A DNA stretch of 64,000 bases from Pseudomonadota bacterium (GTDB lineage: Bacteria; Pseudomonadota; Gammaproteobacteria; Burkholderiales; JAKAFK01): the NCBI GenBank assembly GCA_021817985.1, contig JAKAFK010000001.1, positions 8,523 to 72,522 on the forward strand, written 5' to 3'. The notes below the pieces were generated by a model that saw only the letters and a program-made list of their open reading frames with translations, was not told where the DNA came from and did not search any database. Positions 30,774 to 43,627 of the stretch are shown one piece after another (position 1 is the stretch's first letter; the number at the start of each line of letters is the position of its first letter). A program made the position numbers and the translations under genes.

Positions 30774-32068
30774 CGCACGTGGTGCACCGGCTGCCCGAGC
30801 ATTTCCGGCGTGACCAGCGTGATGCCCCGCTCCGTCACGTAGAAGCGGCGGCTGTCTTCCTTCGGATCGCGCCCGATCACCATGCCGTCCGGAATGCTGC
30901 AGCCCTTGTCGACGACCGTGCGGCTCAGATACACGTCGCGCCCGATGTTGACATTAGGCAGCACCACGGAATCGACCACTTCCGAGTAGCTGTTCACCCG
31001 GACGTTCGAGAACAGCAGGGAGCGTCGCACGGTGGCCCCGCTGATGATGCAGCCGCCCGAGACCATGGAATCGATGGCCATCCCGCGCCGATCCTGATCG
31101 TCGAAGATGAATTTCGCGGGCGGCAGCTGCTCCTGATAGGTCCAGATGGGCCACTTGTCGTCGTACAGATTGAGATCGGGGGTCACCTTGGTCAACTCCA
31201 TGTTGGCTTCCCAATAGGCATCAACCGTCCCGACATCGCGCCAATAGGGCACGCCCCCCGGCTTGCCGACGCAGCTGTCGGTGAAACGGTGCGCGAAAAC
31301 CCGGTAGCGCGGCACCATGTAGGGGATCATGTCCTTGCCGAAATCGTGCGACGAATGACGCTCGTCGGCATCGCGGATCAGCTGTTCATAAAGGAACTGC
31401 GCATTGAACACGTAAATGCCCATGCTCACCAGCACCTTGCCGGGGTTGCCGGGGATAGGCTTCGGCGTTTGCGGCTTCTCTTCGAAGCCGACCACGCGGG
31501 ACGCGTCATCGACCTCCATGACCCCGAACGCACGCGCGTCCTCGATCGGCACTTCCATGCACGCCACGCTCATGTCCGCCGCATTGGAGGTATGGAAGGC
31601 CAACATCTCGCCGTAATCCATTTTATAGATGTGGTCGCCCGCGAGGAGCAGGATATGCTCCGGATCATAATCGCGGATGATGTCCATGTTCTGGAAAACC
31701 GCGTCGGCCGTCCCCTTGTACCAGTCGACCTCGATGCGCTGCTGAGCAGGCAACAGTTCCACAAACTCGTTGAATTCACCCCGCAAGAATCCCCAGCCGC
31801 GCTGGATGTGCTTGATCAGGCTGTGCGCCTTGTACTGGGTCACGACGCCGACCCGGCGAATCCCCGAGTTGAGACAGTTCGACAGCGGAAAATCGATGAT
31901 GCGAAACTTGCCACCGAAGGGAACCCCGGGCTTGGCGCGCCAGTCCGTAAGCTGTTTGAGGCGGCTGCCGCGCCCTCCCGCAAGGATCAGCGCCACCGTA
32001 TTTTTGGTCAATAAGCTGACGAAGCGCGGAAATTCTGTCTGCAAAAGGTCCTCCTTCCTGTTCGACAA
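30770..32068 (-). CDS. glgC: Glucose-1-phosphate adenylyltransferase
   Basis: [16 protein letters not shown] nucleotide-binding motif and a C-terminal left-handed beta-helix. TTG start with AGAGGA 3 nt upstream. Confidence 0.9.
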   Translation of the reverse strand: MSNRKEDLLQTEFPRFVSLLTKNTVALILAGGRGSRLKQLTDWRAKPGVPFGGKFRIIDFPLSNCLNSGIRRVGVVTQYKAHSLIKHIQRGWGFLRGEFNEFVELLPAQQRIEVDWYKGTADAVFQNMDIIRDYDPEHILLLAGDHIYKMDYGEMLAFHTSNAADMSVACMEVPIEDARAFGVMEVDDASRVVGFEEKPQTPKPIPGNPGKVLVSMGIYVFNAQFLYEQLIRDADERHSSHDFGKDMIPYMVPRYRVFAHRFTDSCVGKPGGVPYWRDVGTVDAYWEANMELTKVTPDLNLYDDKWPIWTYQEQLPPAKFIFDDQDRRGMAIDSMVSGGCIISGATVRRSLLFSNVRVNSYSEVVDSVVLPNVNIGRDVYLSRTVVDKGCSIPDGMVIGRDPKEDSRRFYVTERGITLVTPEMLGQPVHHVR

Positions 32069-32821
32069 GCATCCTCTATTCTAGATAAAGAAAGCGACAA
32101 AGAAAGTGCCGCGTCGATGCTTCGTTTGCCGCCGTCGCGCCGCCCGGACATTCCCGATACAGTACCGTAGTGTCCTGGATTTAGGCAAGGCGCAGATCCG
32201 AGGGCCTCCAGGAGGCAAGCCGATCGAAGCGGGTATGCGGCTCCCACTATACGGGGTGCTTGCCTAAATAAAATTGTAGTACTATGAATTCAGAATGATG
32301 CTCGCGCGACGACTCCGTCCGGCCGTGTTGCAGCGCGAACGGGCTCCGGCGCGCCTGCCGGATGTGACGCGAGACGAATCACGCCCTGCTTGGCAGTTTG
32401 TGCTATGAATAACGTGCCAACACCGGCGCGGCCGGGTCGGGGTGACACCCGTCTTCCGGAAGCATCGGATCTGGCGGCAAGCGGAACCGCTTCGACCGGA
32501 AGTCCGCCGCCAACCCGCCAGATGGCAGCGGAACGGGCACGCAAGCAAACCCGATACCAACACCAACAATGACCGCCTGATGACGCGAGGACTCCCCAGC
32601 ATGCGTGCCGCCAGGACGCCGATGCCTCCCGGAACGGACTCGCTGTCACCCCCGTTTTCCGACTCCACGCCTGGAGGACCTGCGCCGCGCCGGGAGAGGT
32701 CCGGCGGGGGAACACCCGGCCATCCCGGGCACCGGTGGGCGGCCCCAGGCCCCCGGGGCACGTCCATGGAGAAGCAAGAGGCGTATCGGGCAGCCCATCA
32801 GACACCCAACAAGGCGATATC

Positions 32822-34807
32822 GTGCACGACACTCAAGAAAGCGATGCTTTTCCCACTGAACTGAACCGCGACGACGTCTATCTCTTCAACACCGGGAAGC
32901 TGCATCAAGCCTACCGGCTGCTGGGCGCCCTCCCGATGGAGGTCGGCGGCGCCCACGGCGTCCGTTTTACCGTGTGGGCGCCCAATGCCGAACGCGTCAG
33001 CGTGATCGGCGAATTCAACGGGTGGGACGGGCGCGCGCATGCCATGTCCTCGGTCGGCTCGACCGGCTTGTGGACGCTCTTCATCCCCGCCGCGTCCCCC
33101 GGCGCGCTATACAAATATGAGATCCGCAATCGCTTCTCCGGACGGATCCTCGCCAAGGCCGACCCTTACGCACAGGAAACCGAAGTGCGCCCTGGCACGG
33201 CTTCCCGGGTGCCGCGGCCATCCGCGCATCGCTGGCAAGATGCCCGATGGATGGAGACAAGGGCCTCGCTCGACTGGCTTCACGCCCCCTTCAACATCTA
33301 TGAGGTGCACCTGGGATCCTGGCGCCGAGGGCCCGAGGGGCGGTTCCTGTCCTACGGCGAATTGGCCGATCTGCTCATTCCCTATGTCCAGGAGATGGGT
33401 TACACCCATATCGAACTGCTGCCCATCACCGAGCATCCCCTCGACGAATCCTGGGGCTACCAGAGCACCGGCTATTTCGCGCCGACCAGCCGCTATGGTC
33501 CGCCAGACGGGTTGCGCGAACTGATCGACCGGTGCCATCAGGCCTCCATCGGCGTGATTCTGGATTGGGTGCCCGGGCATTTCCCCGCGGACGCGCATGC
33601 GCTCGCCCGCTTCGATGGCACCGCCCTTTACGAGCACGAGGACCCGCGACTCGGCTTCCACCGGGAATGGGGCACCCACGTGTTCAACTATGGACGCAAC
33701 GAGGTGCGAAGCTTCCTGATGTCCAGCGCCTACTACTGGCTGACGGAGTTTCACTTCGATGGGCTGCGGGTGGATGCGGTGGCGTCCATGCTCTATCTCG
33801 ACTACTCGCGCCCCACTGGGCAGTGGATCCCAAACAAGTATGGCGGGCGCGAGAATCTCGAAGCAATCGACTTTTTGCGCGAACTCAACGTCATGGTCGG
33901 CGAAACCTTCCCCGGCGTGCTCATGGTCGCCGAAGAATCCACCGCCTGGCCCATGATCTCGCGCCCTGTCTATTTGGGAGGTCTCGGCTTCTCGATGAAA
34001 TGGAACATGGGGTGGATGAACGACACCTTGCGCTACATGGGCAAAAATCCGGTGCATCGCCGTTACCACCATAACGAGCTGACGTTCGCGCAGCTCTATT
34101 CCTACACGGAGAATTTCATCCTCCCGCTTTCCCACGACGAGGTGGTCCACGGGAAGGGCTCGCTCCTCGACCGGATGCCAGGGGACGCCTGGCAGAAATT
34201 CGCGAACCTTCGCCTGCTGTTCATCTACCAGGCCACCTACGCCGGCAAGAAGCTCAATTTCATGGGCAACGAATTCGGACAGGGCAAGGAATGGCAGGTC
34301 AAGGAGGATCTGGACTGGCCGCTGCTCGACGTTCAATGGCATCAAGGCATCCGGCGGCTCTCCCGCGACCTGAACCATCTCTATCGCAACATGCCCGCAC
34401 TCCACGATCTCGACTTCAATCAGGAGGGATTCTCCTGGATCGACTGCCATGACGCCGACCAATCGGTGCTAAGCTATATTCGGCGCGCGCGCAGCGGGGA
34501 ATTCGTCATCGTGGCGCTCAACTTCACCCCCGTCCCGCGCAGAAACTACCGAATCGGCGCGCCGGCGAAGGGCGTCTACCGGGAAATCATCAACAGCGAC
34601 GCGGACGTCTATTCCGGCAGCAATGTGCGCAACGAGCCGATCGCGGCCGAGGAAACCCCGTGGATGGGATTGCCCTACATGCTGGAATTCACGTTGCCCC
34701 CCTTGGGCGGCCTGGTGCTGGTCCTGGAACCCGGGGAGGAGCCCGCGCACCGCGACGCCGAGGCGGCGCCCCCGGAACCGGCCGCCCGCACGCCCATGGA
34801 AACGTGA
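32822..34807 (+). CDS. glgB: 1,4-alpha-glucan branching enzyme (GH13); start 32822 (GTG) or 32735 (GTG)
   Basis: CBM48 plus GH13 catalytic motifs ([44 protein letters not shown]). Confidence 0.9.
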   Translation: MHDTQESDAFPTELNRDDVYLFNTGKLHQAYRLLGALPMEVGGAHGVRFTVWAPNAERVSVIGEFNGWDGRAHAMSSVGSTGLWTLFIPAASPGALYKYEIRNRFSGRILAKADPYAQETEVRPGTASRVPRPSAHRWQDARWMETRASLDWLHAPFNIYEVHLGSWRRGPEGRFLSYGELADLLIPYVQEMGYTHIELLPITEHPLDESWGYQSTGYFAPTSRYGPPDGLRELIDRCHQASIGVILDWVPGHFPADAHALARFDGTALYEHEDPRLGFHREWGTHVFNYGRNEVRSFLMSSAYYWLTEFHFDGLRVDAVASMLYLDYSRPTGQWIPNKYGGRENLEAIDFLRELNVMVGETFPGVLMVAEESTAWPMISRPVYLGGLGFSMKWNMGWMNDTLRYMGKNPVHRRYHHNELTFAQLYSYTENFILPLSHDEVVHGKGSLLDRMPGDAWQKFANLRLLFIYQATYAGKKLNFMGNEFGQGKEWQVKEDLDWPLLDVQWHQGIRRLSRDLNHLYRNMPALHDLDFNQEGFSWIDCHDADQSVLSYIRRARSGEFVIVALNFTPVPRRNYRIGAPAKGVYREIINSDADVYSGSNVRNEPIAAEETPWMGLPYMLEFTLPPLGGLVLVLEPGEEPAHRDAEAAPPEPAARTPMET

Positions 34808-34848
34808 ATCCCGTTCTTTGCCGAATGCACCGTCAGCGAGGCCCAACG

Positions 34849-36501
34849 ATGAGCCGTTTGACCCAATCCCCCGCATGGACCGCCTTGGCCCGGCATCATG
34901 AGGCGATGCGCATGATCCACATGCGCGACCTGTTTGAACAGGATCCTACGCGCAGCCAGTCATTTTCGTATCTGTTCAACGACATTCTGTTCGACTTCTC
35001 GAAGAACCGGATCACCGGCGAGACGCTCGCCCGTCTCTTCGATTTGGCGGCGGAAAGTCGGCTCAACGAGGCCATCGGCCGAATGTTCGACGGCCAGCCG
35101 GTCAACGTGACGGAGCACCGGCCCGCCCTGCACGTGGCGTTGCGCAATCGCTCCAATCGGCCGATCCTGGTGGCCTCCCAGGACGTCATGCCACAGGTCA
35201 ACGCGGTGCTCTCGCGCATGCGGGCCTTCACCGAGCAGGTGCGTGATGGCACCTGGAAAGGCCATACGGGCAAGACCATCACGGATGTCGTCAACATCGG
35301 CATCGGCGGCTCCGATCTGGGCCCCGCGATGGCCGCCCGGGCACTGACGCCCTATGTCAAGACAGGGCTGCGTTTGCATTTCGTTTCCAACGTCGATGCC
35401 ACCGATCTCGTCGAAACGCTGGAGCCCCTTGCGCCCGAGACGACGCTGTTCATCGTCGCCTCGAAGACCTTCACGACCGAGGAGACGCTGACCAACGCAC
35501 ATTCCGCACGCCATTGGCTCGTCTCGAGGCTGGGGAGCGAGCACGCGGTGGCCCGCCACTTCGTGGCGGTTTCGACCAATGCCGAGAAGGTGCGCGCCTT
35601 CGGCATCGACGAGAGCCACATGTTCGAATTCTGGGACTGGGTGGGGGGACGCTATTCCCTCTGGTCCGCCATCGGCCTCCCCTTGGCCCTGGGGATCGGC
35701 TGGGATCATTTCGAGGCGCTGTTGAGCGGCGCCCACGAAATGGATGAACACTTCCGAACCGAGCCCCTCGATCGTAACATCCCGGTCCTCGCCGGACTGA
35801 TCGGGATCTGGTACACCAATTTCTTCGGCTTCGACTCGCAGGCGATTCTTCCGTATGATCAGCACCTCGAGCACCTGCCCGCCTATTTGCAGCAGTTGTA
35901 CATGGAAAGCAACGGCAAGCGTGTGACCCTCTCCGGCGACGACGTCGATTATGCGACCTGTCCGGTCGTCTGGGGCGCGGCAGGGACGAATGGCCAGCAC
36001 TCGTTCTATCAGCTCATCCACCAGGGCACGCAGGTCATCCCGGCGGACTTCCTCGCCGCGATCGAAACCCCGCATCCTTTGGGCAGGCATCACGAGATCC
36101 TGCTCGCCAACTTCTTCGCGCAGCCCGAAGCCCTCATGCGCGGCAAGACTGCCGATCAGGTGCGCACCGAACTTGCCGCCCGGGGACTCTCGCCCGACGC
36201 GATCGAAGCGCTGACCCCGCACCGCGTCTTTCCCGGCAACCGCCCGACCCACTCGATCCTCTACCAGCGACTCGACCCCAAGACGCTCGGCACGCTGCTC
36301 GCCTTCTACGAGCACCGGGTGTTCGTGCAAGGCGCCCTCTGGAACGTCGACTCCTTCGATCAATGGGGCGTGGAACTCGGCAAAGAACTCGCGCGCATCG
36401 TCGAGGCCGACATCGAATCCCAGGGCGTCCTCTCACCCCATGATTCGTCGACGGCGCAGTTGATCGAGCGCTTCAAGGCCCGCAAACCGTCTTCCCATTA
36501 A
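34849..36501 (+). CDS. pgi: Glucose-6-phosphate isomerase
   Basis: [17 protein letters not shown].. and PGI signatures ([20 protein letters not shown]). ATG at 34849. Confidence 0.95.
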   Translation: MSRLTQSPAWTALARHHEAMRMIHMRDLFEQDPTRSQSFSYLFNDILFDFSKNRITGETLARLFDLAAESRLNEAIGRMFDGQPVNVTEHRPALHVALRNRSNRPILVASQDVMPQVNAVLSRMRAFTEQVRDGTWKGHTGKTITDVVNIGIGGSDLGPAMAARALTPYVKTGLRLHFVSNVDATDLVETLEPLAPETTLFIVASKTFTTEETLTNAHSARHWLVSRLGSEHAVARHFVAVSTNAEKVRAFGIDESHMFEFWDWVGGRYSLWSAIGLPLALGIGWDHFEALLSGAHEMDEHFRTEPLDRNIPVLAGLIGIWYTNFFGFDSQAILPYDQHLEHLPAYLQQLYMESNGKRVTLSGDDVDYATCPVVWGAAGTNGQHSFYQLIHQGTQVIPADFLAAIETPHPLGRHHEILLANFFAQPEALMRGKTADQVRTELAARGLSPDAIEALTPHRVFPGNRPTHSILYQRLDPKTLGTLLAFYEHRVFVQGALWNVDSFDQWGVELGKELARIVEADIESQGVLSPHDSSTAQLIERFKARKPSSH

Positions 36502-36514
36502 CCCGCGAATAACC

Positions 36515-36796
36515 ATGCAAACAAACCTGATTACCCTGGAGCACGGCCTGTCGGAAGCCAGGCTCATGGATCTGGAGGTGCCGAGATGGCCGATCTGGTC
36601 AAAGGGCGTATCGACTTTTCCGTGGACTTACGATGTGCCGGAAACGTGCTATTTCCTTGAAGGAGAGGCCGTCGTGACCCCTCGCGGCGGCCAGCCGGTG
36701 AGAATAGCGCAAGGCGATCTCGCCATCTTCCCCACGGGGCTGTCATGCACGTGGGACATCAAGAAACCGGTCAGAAAGCACTATCACATTGGCTAA
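36515..36796 (+). CDS. Small cupin-domain protein
   Basis: 93-aa single cupin barrel (..ETCYFLEGEAVVTP.G..V.I..GDLAIFP.GL.C.W). 13 nt after pgi. Confidence 0.7.
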   Translation: MQTNLITLEHGLSEARLMDLEVPRWPIWSKGVSTFPWTYDVPETCYFLEGEAVVTPRGGQPVRIAQGDLAIFPTGLSCTWDIKKPVRKHYHIG

Positions 36797-37205
36797 GCCC
36801 ACGATAAAGCGCTCAACCACCCGCCCAGCGCGGAGCGCGTCCAGCAAGGTGGCCACGATCGCCGGCCAGGATCCGGGCACCAAGGAGACCGTCGGTGCGC
36901 CGAAACGCGCCGACCGAACGTCCGCCGGCGAGCCTTCCAAGCGCGGCGCACGGGCGCCGAAGGCGAATGTCACAGGCCTCGGGACCCGTTCCGGCGAACG
37001 GCCGCAACCGGCGCGGCCGCCCGAGGCTGCCGACGCGGCGCACCAAGACGCGCCGGAGGTTCACGAGGAGGCGGTCATCAAGGGCCTCAATGCACCTGGG
37101 ACGGCCGTCGTGGCGCCGCCCCCCCAGGCGCCAGCACGCCTCGAGCCGGAACCCGAGGCGACCCCGGAACCCGCGCGAGCGTCCGCCGAGTCCGCGATCC
37201 CCAGC

Positions 37206-38681
37206 ATGTTCGTCGTCATGATCGCGTCGGAACTGGCCCCTGTCGCCAAGGTGGGCGGACTCGCCGACGTCGTCTACGGCTTGTCGCGGGAACTGGAGAT
37301 CCGCGGCCATGCCGTGGAGATCATCCTGCCCAAGTATGATTGCATGCATTACGGAGAGATCTGGGGGTTGACCATGACCTACCAGGACCTTTGGGTGCCC
37401 TGGTACGGCGCGTCGATTCACTGCTCCGTGTGGTTCGGGTTCGTGCATGGGCGCAAGTGTTTTTTCATCGAACCGCACTCTCAGGACAACTTTTTCAACC
37501 GGGGTGCATTCTATGGCTTCAAGGACGAGGCCCTGCGTTTCGCCTTCTTCAGCAAGGCGGCACTGGAGTTCCTGCTGCAGAGCGGCAAGCGCCCCGACAT
37601 CATCCATATCCACGACTGGCAAACCGCGCTCGTCCCCGTCCTGCTGTACGAGATCTACAAATTTCACGGCATGGACCGTCAGCGCGTGTGCTTCACCATT
37701 CACAACTTCAAGCATCAAGGGGTAACCGGGACCGACCTGCTCAACGCCGTGGGTCTTGGCGGGCGAGCGCATCACTTCCTCGACGGAACACGGTTGCGCG
37801 ACGACGCGCATCCGGGTGCCATCAACCTCATGAAGGGCGGGATCGTCTATTCTAATTTCATCACGACCGTCTCGCCCCACTATGCCTGGGAGGTCCTGCA
37901 CACCGGAGAAAATCAGGGACTCGGGCCTGTGCTCCACACCCATCGCTCGAAGTTTGGCGGCATTCTCAACGGCCTGGATTACGACACCTGGAATCCGGAA
38001 CTCGACAGGTACATTCCCTTCCACTACGGAGCCGCCACGCTCGACCAGAAATACCGCAACAAGGAGGCGTTGCGCGAACGGCTCTGGCTGAGGACGGATT
38101 ACAAGCCGATCATCGCCTACGTCGGCCGGCTCGATGCACAGAAGGGGGTGCATCTCATCCGCCACGCCATTTTCTATGCACTGGCCCACGGGGCGCAATT
38201 CGTGCTGCTGGGCGCGAGTCCGGATCCGGGCATCAACCAGAGCTTCTGGGCCCTCAAGAATCAGCTGAACAACAACCCCGATTGCCATCTTGAGATCGGC
38301 TACAACGAGGGACTCGCGCACCTCATCTATGCGGGATCGGACATGATCATCCTGCCGAGCAACTTCGAGCCTTGCGGCCTGACTCAGCTGATCGGTCTCA
38401 AATATGGCACCGTCCCCATCGTCCGCAACGTCGGCGGGCTTGCCGACACGGTATTCGACCGCGATTATTCTGGCAGACCGATCGAGGAACGAAACGGCTA
38501 TGTTTTCCATCATTCGGACGGGCGCGGAATAGAATCCGCCCTGCAGCGCGCCATCGGCCTGTGGTACGCCTATCCTGCCGAATTCCGGCACTTGATGCTC
38601 GCCGGCATGCGGCAAGACTACTCCTGGAATCATTCGGGCCAGCATTATCTAAATGTTTACGACTACATCCGCCACAAGTAA
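37206..38681 (+). CDS. glgA: Glycogen synthase (GT5); reading frame is open upstream to TTG 36789
   Basis: Core begins MFVVMIASELAPVAKVGGLADVV at ATG 37206. See the finding on a possible 139-aa Pro/Ala/Glu-rich N-terminal extension. Confidence 0.9.
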   Translation: MFVVMIASELAPVAKVGGLADVVYGLSRELEIRGHAVEIILPKYDCMHYGEIWGLTMTYQDLWVPWYGASIHCSVWFGFVHGRKCFFIEPHSQDNFFNRGAFYGFKDEALRFAFFSKAALEFLLQSGKRPDIIHIHDWQTALVPVLLYEIYKFHGMDRQRVCFTIHNFKHQGVTGTDLLNAVGLGGRAHHFLDGTRLRDDAHPGAINLMKGGIVYSNFITTVSPHYAWEVLHTGENQGLGPVLHTHRSKFGGILNGLDYDTWNPELDRYIPFHYGAATLDQKYRNKEALRERLWLRTDYKPIIAYVGRLDAQKGVHLIRHAIFYALAHGAQFVLLGASPDPGINQSFWALKNQLNNNPDCHLEIGYNEGLAHLIYAGSDMIILPSNFEPCGLTQLIGLKYGTVPIVRNVGGLADTVFDRDYSGRPIEERNGYVFHHSDGRGIESALQRAIGLWYAYPAEFRHLMLAGMRQDYSWNHSGQHYLNVYDYIRHK

Positions 38682-38867
38682 GCCCGGCGAAGCGCCGGTT
38701 CACAGACCGGCCGGCGCACCCGCAACCGAAGGCACTCCCTTCCAGGGCAAGGCGGCCAGCCAACCATTGCAGATAGCACTCAACCATACGGAGGAAGCGG
38801 GTGAGGCCGCCTGACGGCGGGCGCTATCCCTCCCCGGCACTGTGCCGGGGTTTCCCGCGAATGACCG

Positions 38868-40331
38868 ATGAACGAACTTCCTGAACAGGTAGAGGGCTTG
38901 CCGAACATCAGCGGCTCGGAAAGTTTGATCGAGGAAACCCTCGCGCGTGCCAAGGACAAGCCTGTCTTTCTGCCCGCAAGCCGAATCGATTTCACACGCA
39001 CACGCGCGGCAGCGGCAAACGCCTTGCACATGCACCAGCCCCTTATCCCGGCGGGCGGCAGCGACCTGCGCACTGCAGCGATCATCAGCAACCTCAAATA
39101 CATGATGGATAACCAGGGGATCGGCGACAACCACAATGCCCCTGTCTTCGTCTGGTGCTACAAGCGCATGGGGGAATTCATACCGGAGCTTTTTTCGGAA
39201 GGGAAGGAACCCCGGATCATGCTCGAGTATTCCGGAACCCTCCTCCACGGCATGCGCCAAATGGGACTCAACGACGTATTCGATGCCCTGAAAACCATCA
39301 CTTGCGATCCCCGCTACCGGCATGCGGCCGAATGGCTGGGCTGCCCGTGGGGCCACGCCGTCGCGCCGTCCACGCCGATCCAGGACTACCGGCTTCACAT
39401 CAAGGCCTGGCAGCACCACTTCGCCGCCATCTTCGGCCTGGAGGCGCTCTCGCGGGTGCGTGGGTTCTCGCCGTCGGAGATGGCGCTTCCGAACCACCCG
39501 AACCTTGCCTACGAGTTCGTCAAGACCCTGAAGGAATGCGGGTATCAATGGGTGCTCGTGCAGGAACACACGGTGGAGCTGCCGGAGACCGGGGCGCATC
39601 CGCAACAGCGGCATCTGCCTCACCTGCTGGAGTGCCGCAACTCGAAGGGCGAGACCGCCCGGATCATCGCCATCATCAAAACCCAGGGCAGCGACACCAA
39701 GCTCGTGGCGCAGATGCAACCCTGGTACGAAGCACGCAGCCTGTCGCACTGGCAGCTCGCAGGCCGCGAAGTCCCGCCGCTGGTGACGCAGATCGCCGAC
39801 GGGGAGAACGGCGGGGTCATGATGAACGAGTTTCCGCCCAAGTACATGGAAGTCGTTCGGGAATCTTCGGGCTCCGACGTGCCCCTCATGAACGCGACCG
39901 AGTACCTGGAGCACCTGTTCGCCCTGGGTATCACCGAAAACGACTTTCCGGTGATTCAGCCCCTATTCCAAAAGCGAATTTGGGACCGCTTTGCGCCAGG
40001 CGATGGCGACGAGAAGATGGAGGCGGTCATCAAGAGCTTGGGCCAGGAGGATCATCGCTTCCACATGGACGGCGGCAGCTGGACCAACAATATCTCTTGG
40101 GTCAAGGGGTACGAGAACCTCCTCGGCCCCATGGAAAAGGTCAGTTCGCTCTTTTACGAGAAGGTAATCCGTCCGGGCATGCCCACGAACGAGCACCGCT
40201 ACCGCAACGCCCTCTTCCACCTCATGGCCTCGCAGACGAGCTGTTACCGCTATTGGGGGCAAGGGGTTTGGGTCGATTATGGGCGCGAGATCTGCGCCCG
40301 CGCACAACAAATTCTGAGCCACGATTTCTAG
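38868..40331 (+). CDS. Glycoside hydrolase family 57 protein (third paralog)
   Basis: ALHMHQPLIPAGG and MLEYSGTLLHG motifs. 487 aa. Confidence 0.75.
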   Translation: MNELPEQVEGLPNISGSESLIEETLARAKDKPVFLPASRIDFTRTRAAAANALHMHQPLIPAGGSDLRTAAIISNLKYMMDNQGIGDNHNAPVFVWCYKRMGEFIPELFSEGKEPRIMLEYSGTLLHGMRQMGLNDVFDALKTITCDPRYRHAAEWLGCPWGHAVAPSTPIQDYRLHIKAWQHHFAAIFGLEALSRVRGFSPSEMALPNHPNLAYEFVKTLKECGYQWVLVQEHTVELPETGAHPQQRHLPHLLECRNSKGETARIIAIIKTQGSDTKLVAQMQPWYEARSLSHWQLAGREVPPLVTQIADGENGGVMMNEFPPKYMEVVRESSGSDVPLMNATEYLEHLFALGITENDFPVIQPLFQKRIWDRFAPGDGDEKMEAVIKSLGQEDHRFHMDGGSWTNNISWVKGYENLLGPMEKVSSLFYEKVIRPGMPTNEHRYRNALFHLMASQTSCYRYWGQGVWVDYGREICARAQQILSHDF

Positions 40332-40344
40332 CCGCAGGCTGAGA

Positions 40345-40373
40345 ACGTCGGGCGGCCCACGGCCGCCCGACGT
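40345..40373. terminator. Perfect 13-bp hairpin between convergent genes (possible bidirectional terminator)
   Basis: ACGTCGGGCGGCC-CAC-GGCCGCCCGACGT. No strong T-tract on either side. Confidence 0.5.
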
Positions 40374-40396
40374 CGAACACTCGGGGCCGACGCCAG

Positions 40397-40906
40397 TTAT
40401 CCCTTCGAGGTGTGCGCGGCCGGTTCGACGAGGATGGTCCCAACCATTCCGCCGGCATAGTGCCCAGGCTCGTGGCACGCATAATAGAGCGTGCCGGGCT
40501 TGTCGGCGAACGTCCAGATCAGCGTCTGCGTCTTGCCCGGCGCCAACGGAACGCCGTTGGGATCGCGACCCATGGTCATACCCATGGCGGCCATCCGTTT
40601 CATTTCGGCCTCGTGCGCCATTTGTTCACGCTTGTCTCCGAGCACGAACTCATGCATGAGTTTGCCCTTATTGGTCACGACGAAGCGAACCGTCTCCCCC
40701 TCCCGCACCTTGACGACGGAGGGGACAAAACGCAGCGTGTCAAGCGCGGCGATCCGAATCGTGCGGTCCGCCTTGGCGGCCGTTCCGGGGTGCCCGAAGG
40801 AAAAGACGTCGGCTTTCGCATGGGCATGCAAGGGGAACAACCCCGCGATCATCAAAACCGCTATGCCGGCACAAACTGTACGGTTGCGTTTCATCTCCAA
40901 GCGCAT
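40397..40906 (-). CDS. Periplasmic cupredoxin-like copper-binding protein with Met/His-rich segment (start 40906 or 40894)
   Basis: Signal peptide MKRNRTVCAGIAVLMIAGLFPLHAHA. C-terminal YACHEPGHYAGGM has type-1 copper-like C..H..M spacing. MHEFVLGDKREQMAHEAEMKRMAAMGMTMG is Met/His rich. Confidence 0.7.
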   Translation of the reverse strand: MRLEMKRNRTVCAGIAVLMIAGLFPLHAHAKADVFSFGHPGTAAKADRTIRIAALDTLRFVPSVVKVREGETVRFVVTNKGKLMHEFVLGDKREQMAHEAEMKRMAAMGMTMGRDPNGVPLAPGKTQTLIWTFADKPGTLYYACHEPGHYAGGMVGTILVEPAAHTSKG

Positions 40907-41291
40907 TCTCCTGATGTCAAAAGCTGCGCACCACTCAGACGTGGCACACAGAGCATTGGCCGGGCGGACGCCTGGGGCGGTCGCCTCCCGTGCCGCGTCG
41001 CGAGTTCTCTCCACGAGAGACATTGCCTCACCCCAACCGGAACCGAAAAGCCTTCCGCACATCGCAAGGTTTCCCGTCCCGGATTCGGCGGGGTTCGCAC
41101 AAGCCCTCAACCGTAAGGACGACCATCGGCCGTACCGGCCCAAGATGCGGATTATTCCGCACCGGGCATGAAAACTCGCCGCGCCTCATGGCCGGACAGG
41201 TGATTCACAGCGGGAAGGACAAAGCGCGCGGGTGGCCGAAGCCCCCGCCGTTCAGGCGTCGCCGCGATGCCGCGCCTCTGCCGGATGGGCC

Positions 41292-42001
41292 TTATCCCGC
41301 AATCACGCACCCGGTGCCGGCAAGACAGATATCGACACCCGCGCTCGGCGCGACGGCGGCCGCGGGGATCCGGTGCCCCCCCTGCCAAAGCTCCACCGCC
41401 TGCCGCTTGGAGGCGCCGGTGATGAGAAAGATCACCTCCCGCGCGCTGCTCAAGGTTCTAACGCTCAGGCTGACGCGCCCGGACGGCGGTTTGGGCGCAT
41501 TCGACACCGCAAGCACGGGTTGCGCATCGCGCTGCGCACCCCACTCATGGCCCGGAAAAAGGCTCGCCGTGTGGCCGTCTTCGCCCAGCCCGAGCAATAT
41601 CAGGTCCGGAATCACGCCCCGGATGATCTCACGGTAGCGCCGTGCCGCCTCGGCGGCACCTCGTTCGGCCTCGATCGGGTGAATCTGAGTGCGCGGAATG
41701 GGGACATGATCAAGCCACGCGTGCATGGCCAAGGCGCTGTTGCGCTGTGCCGATTCACGCGGAAGACAGCGCTCGTCGCCCCAGTAGACGTGCCAGCGGC
41801 TCCAATCGGTCGTAAGCTCCGGCAAGCGTTCATAGAGCGCTTGCGGGGTCTGCCCCCCCGACAGGACGATCCGGAACTCGCCGCGCGCGGACTGCGCAAG
41901 TTGCGAAGCGCATTGCACGCGGGCTCGAACGCCCTCAAAAAGCGCTGCCGCGTCGGGGAACAGGTGCCAGCGGCGCACTTGGGTGCGAACCTCCATCGCC
42001 C

Positions 42002-42005
<4 letters not shown>
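41292..42005 (-). CDS. pgl: 6-phosphogluconolactonase
   Basis: LSGGQTP and [14 protein letters not shown] motifs. The start overlaps the zwf stop. Confidence 0.85.
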
Positions 42006-43486
<1,481 letters not shown>

Positions 43487-43627
43487 AGAATCTCCGCTAG
43501 GAAACCCGCGCCCTCACTGGACGGCTTTCGCCGGCCGCCCGGCCCCCTGCGCGCATGGCAGGGCCTTTTTCCCGTGCAGCCGGAGCAAGCAAGTCCGAAT
43601 CCCCATGACGGAGGGCGGACGATCGGC

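Noticed and set aside
32282-32864. ORFs of 140-180 aa inside the glgC-glgB spacer.
   Set aside because: Overlapping frames on both strands give Arg/Pro/Gly/Ser-rich translations with no start signals or recognisable domains. I treated the region as non-coding.
38832-38850. Inverted repeat CCCCGGCAC-T-GTGCCGGGG followed by TTT as the glgA terminator.
   Set aside because: It lies ~150 nt after the glgA stop and only ~18 nt before the next ATG. The T-tract is only three residues long and the loop is minimal. It may be an attenuator or processing hairpin, but the support is too weak to list it as a feature.
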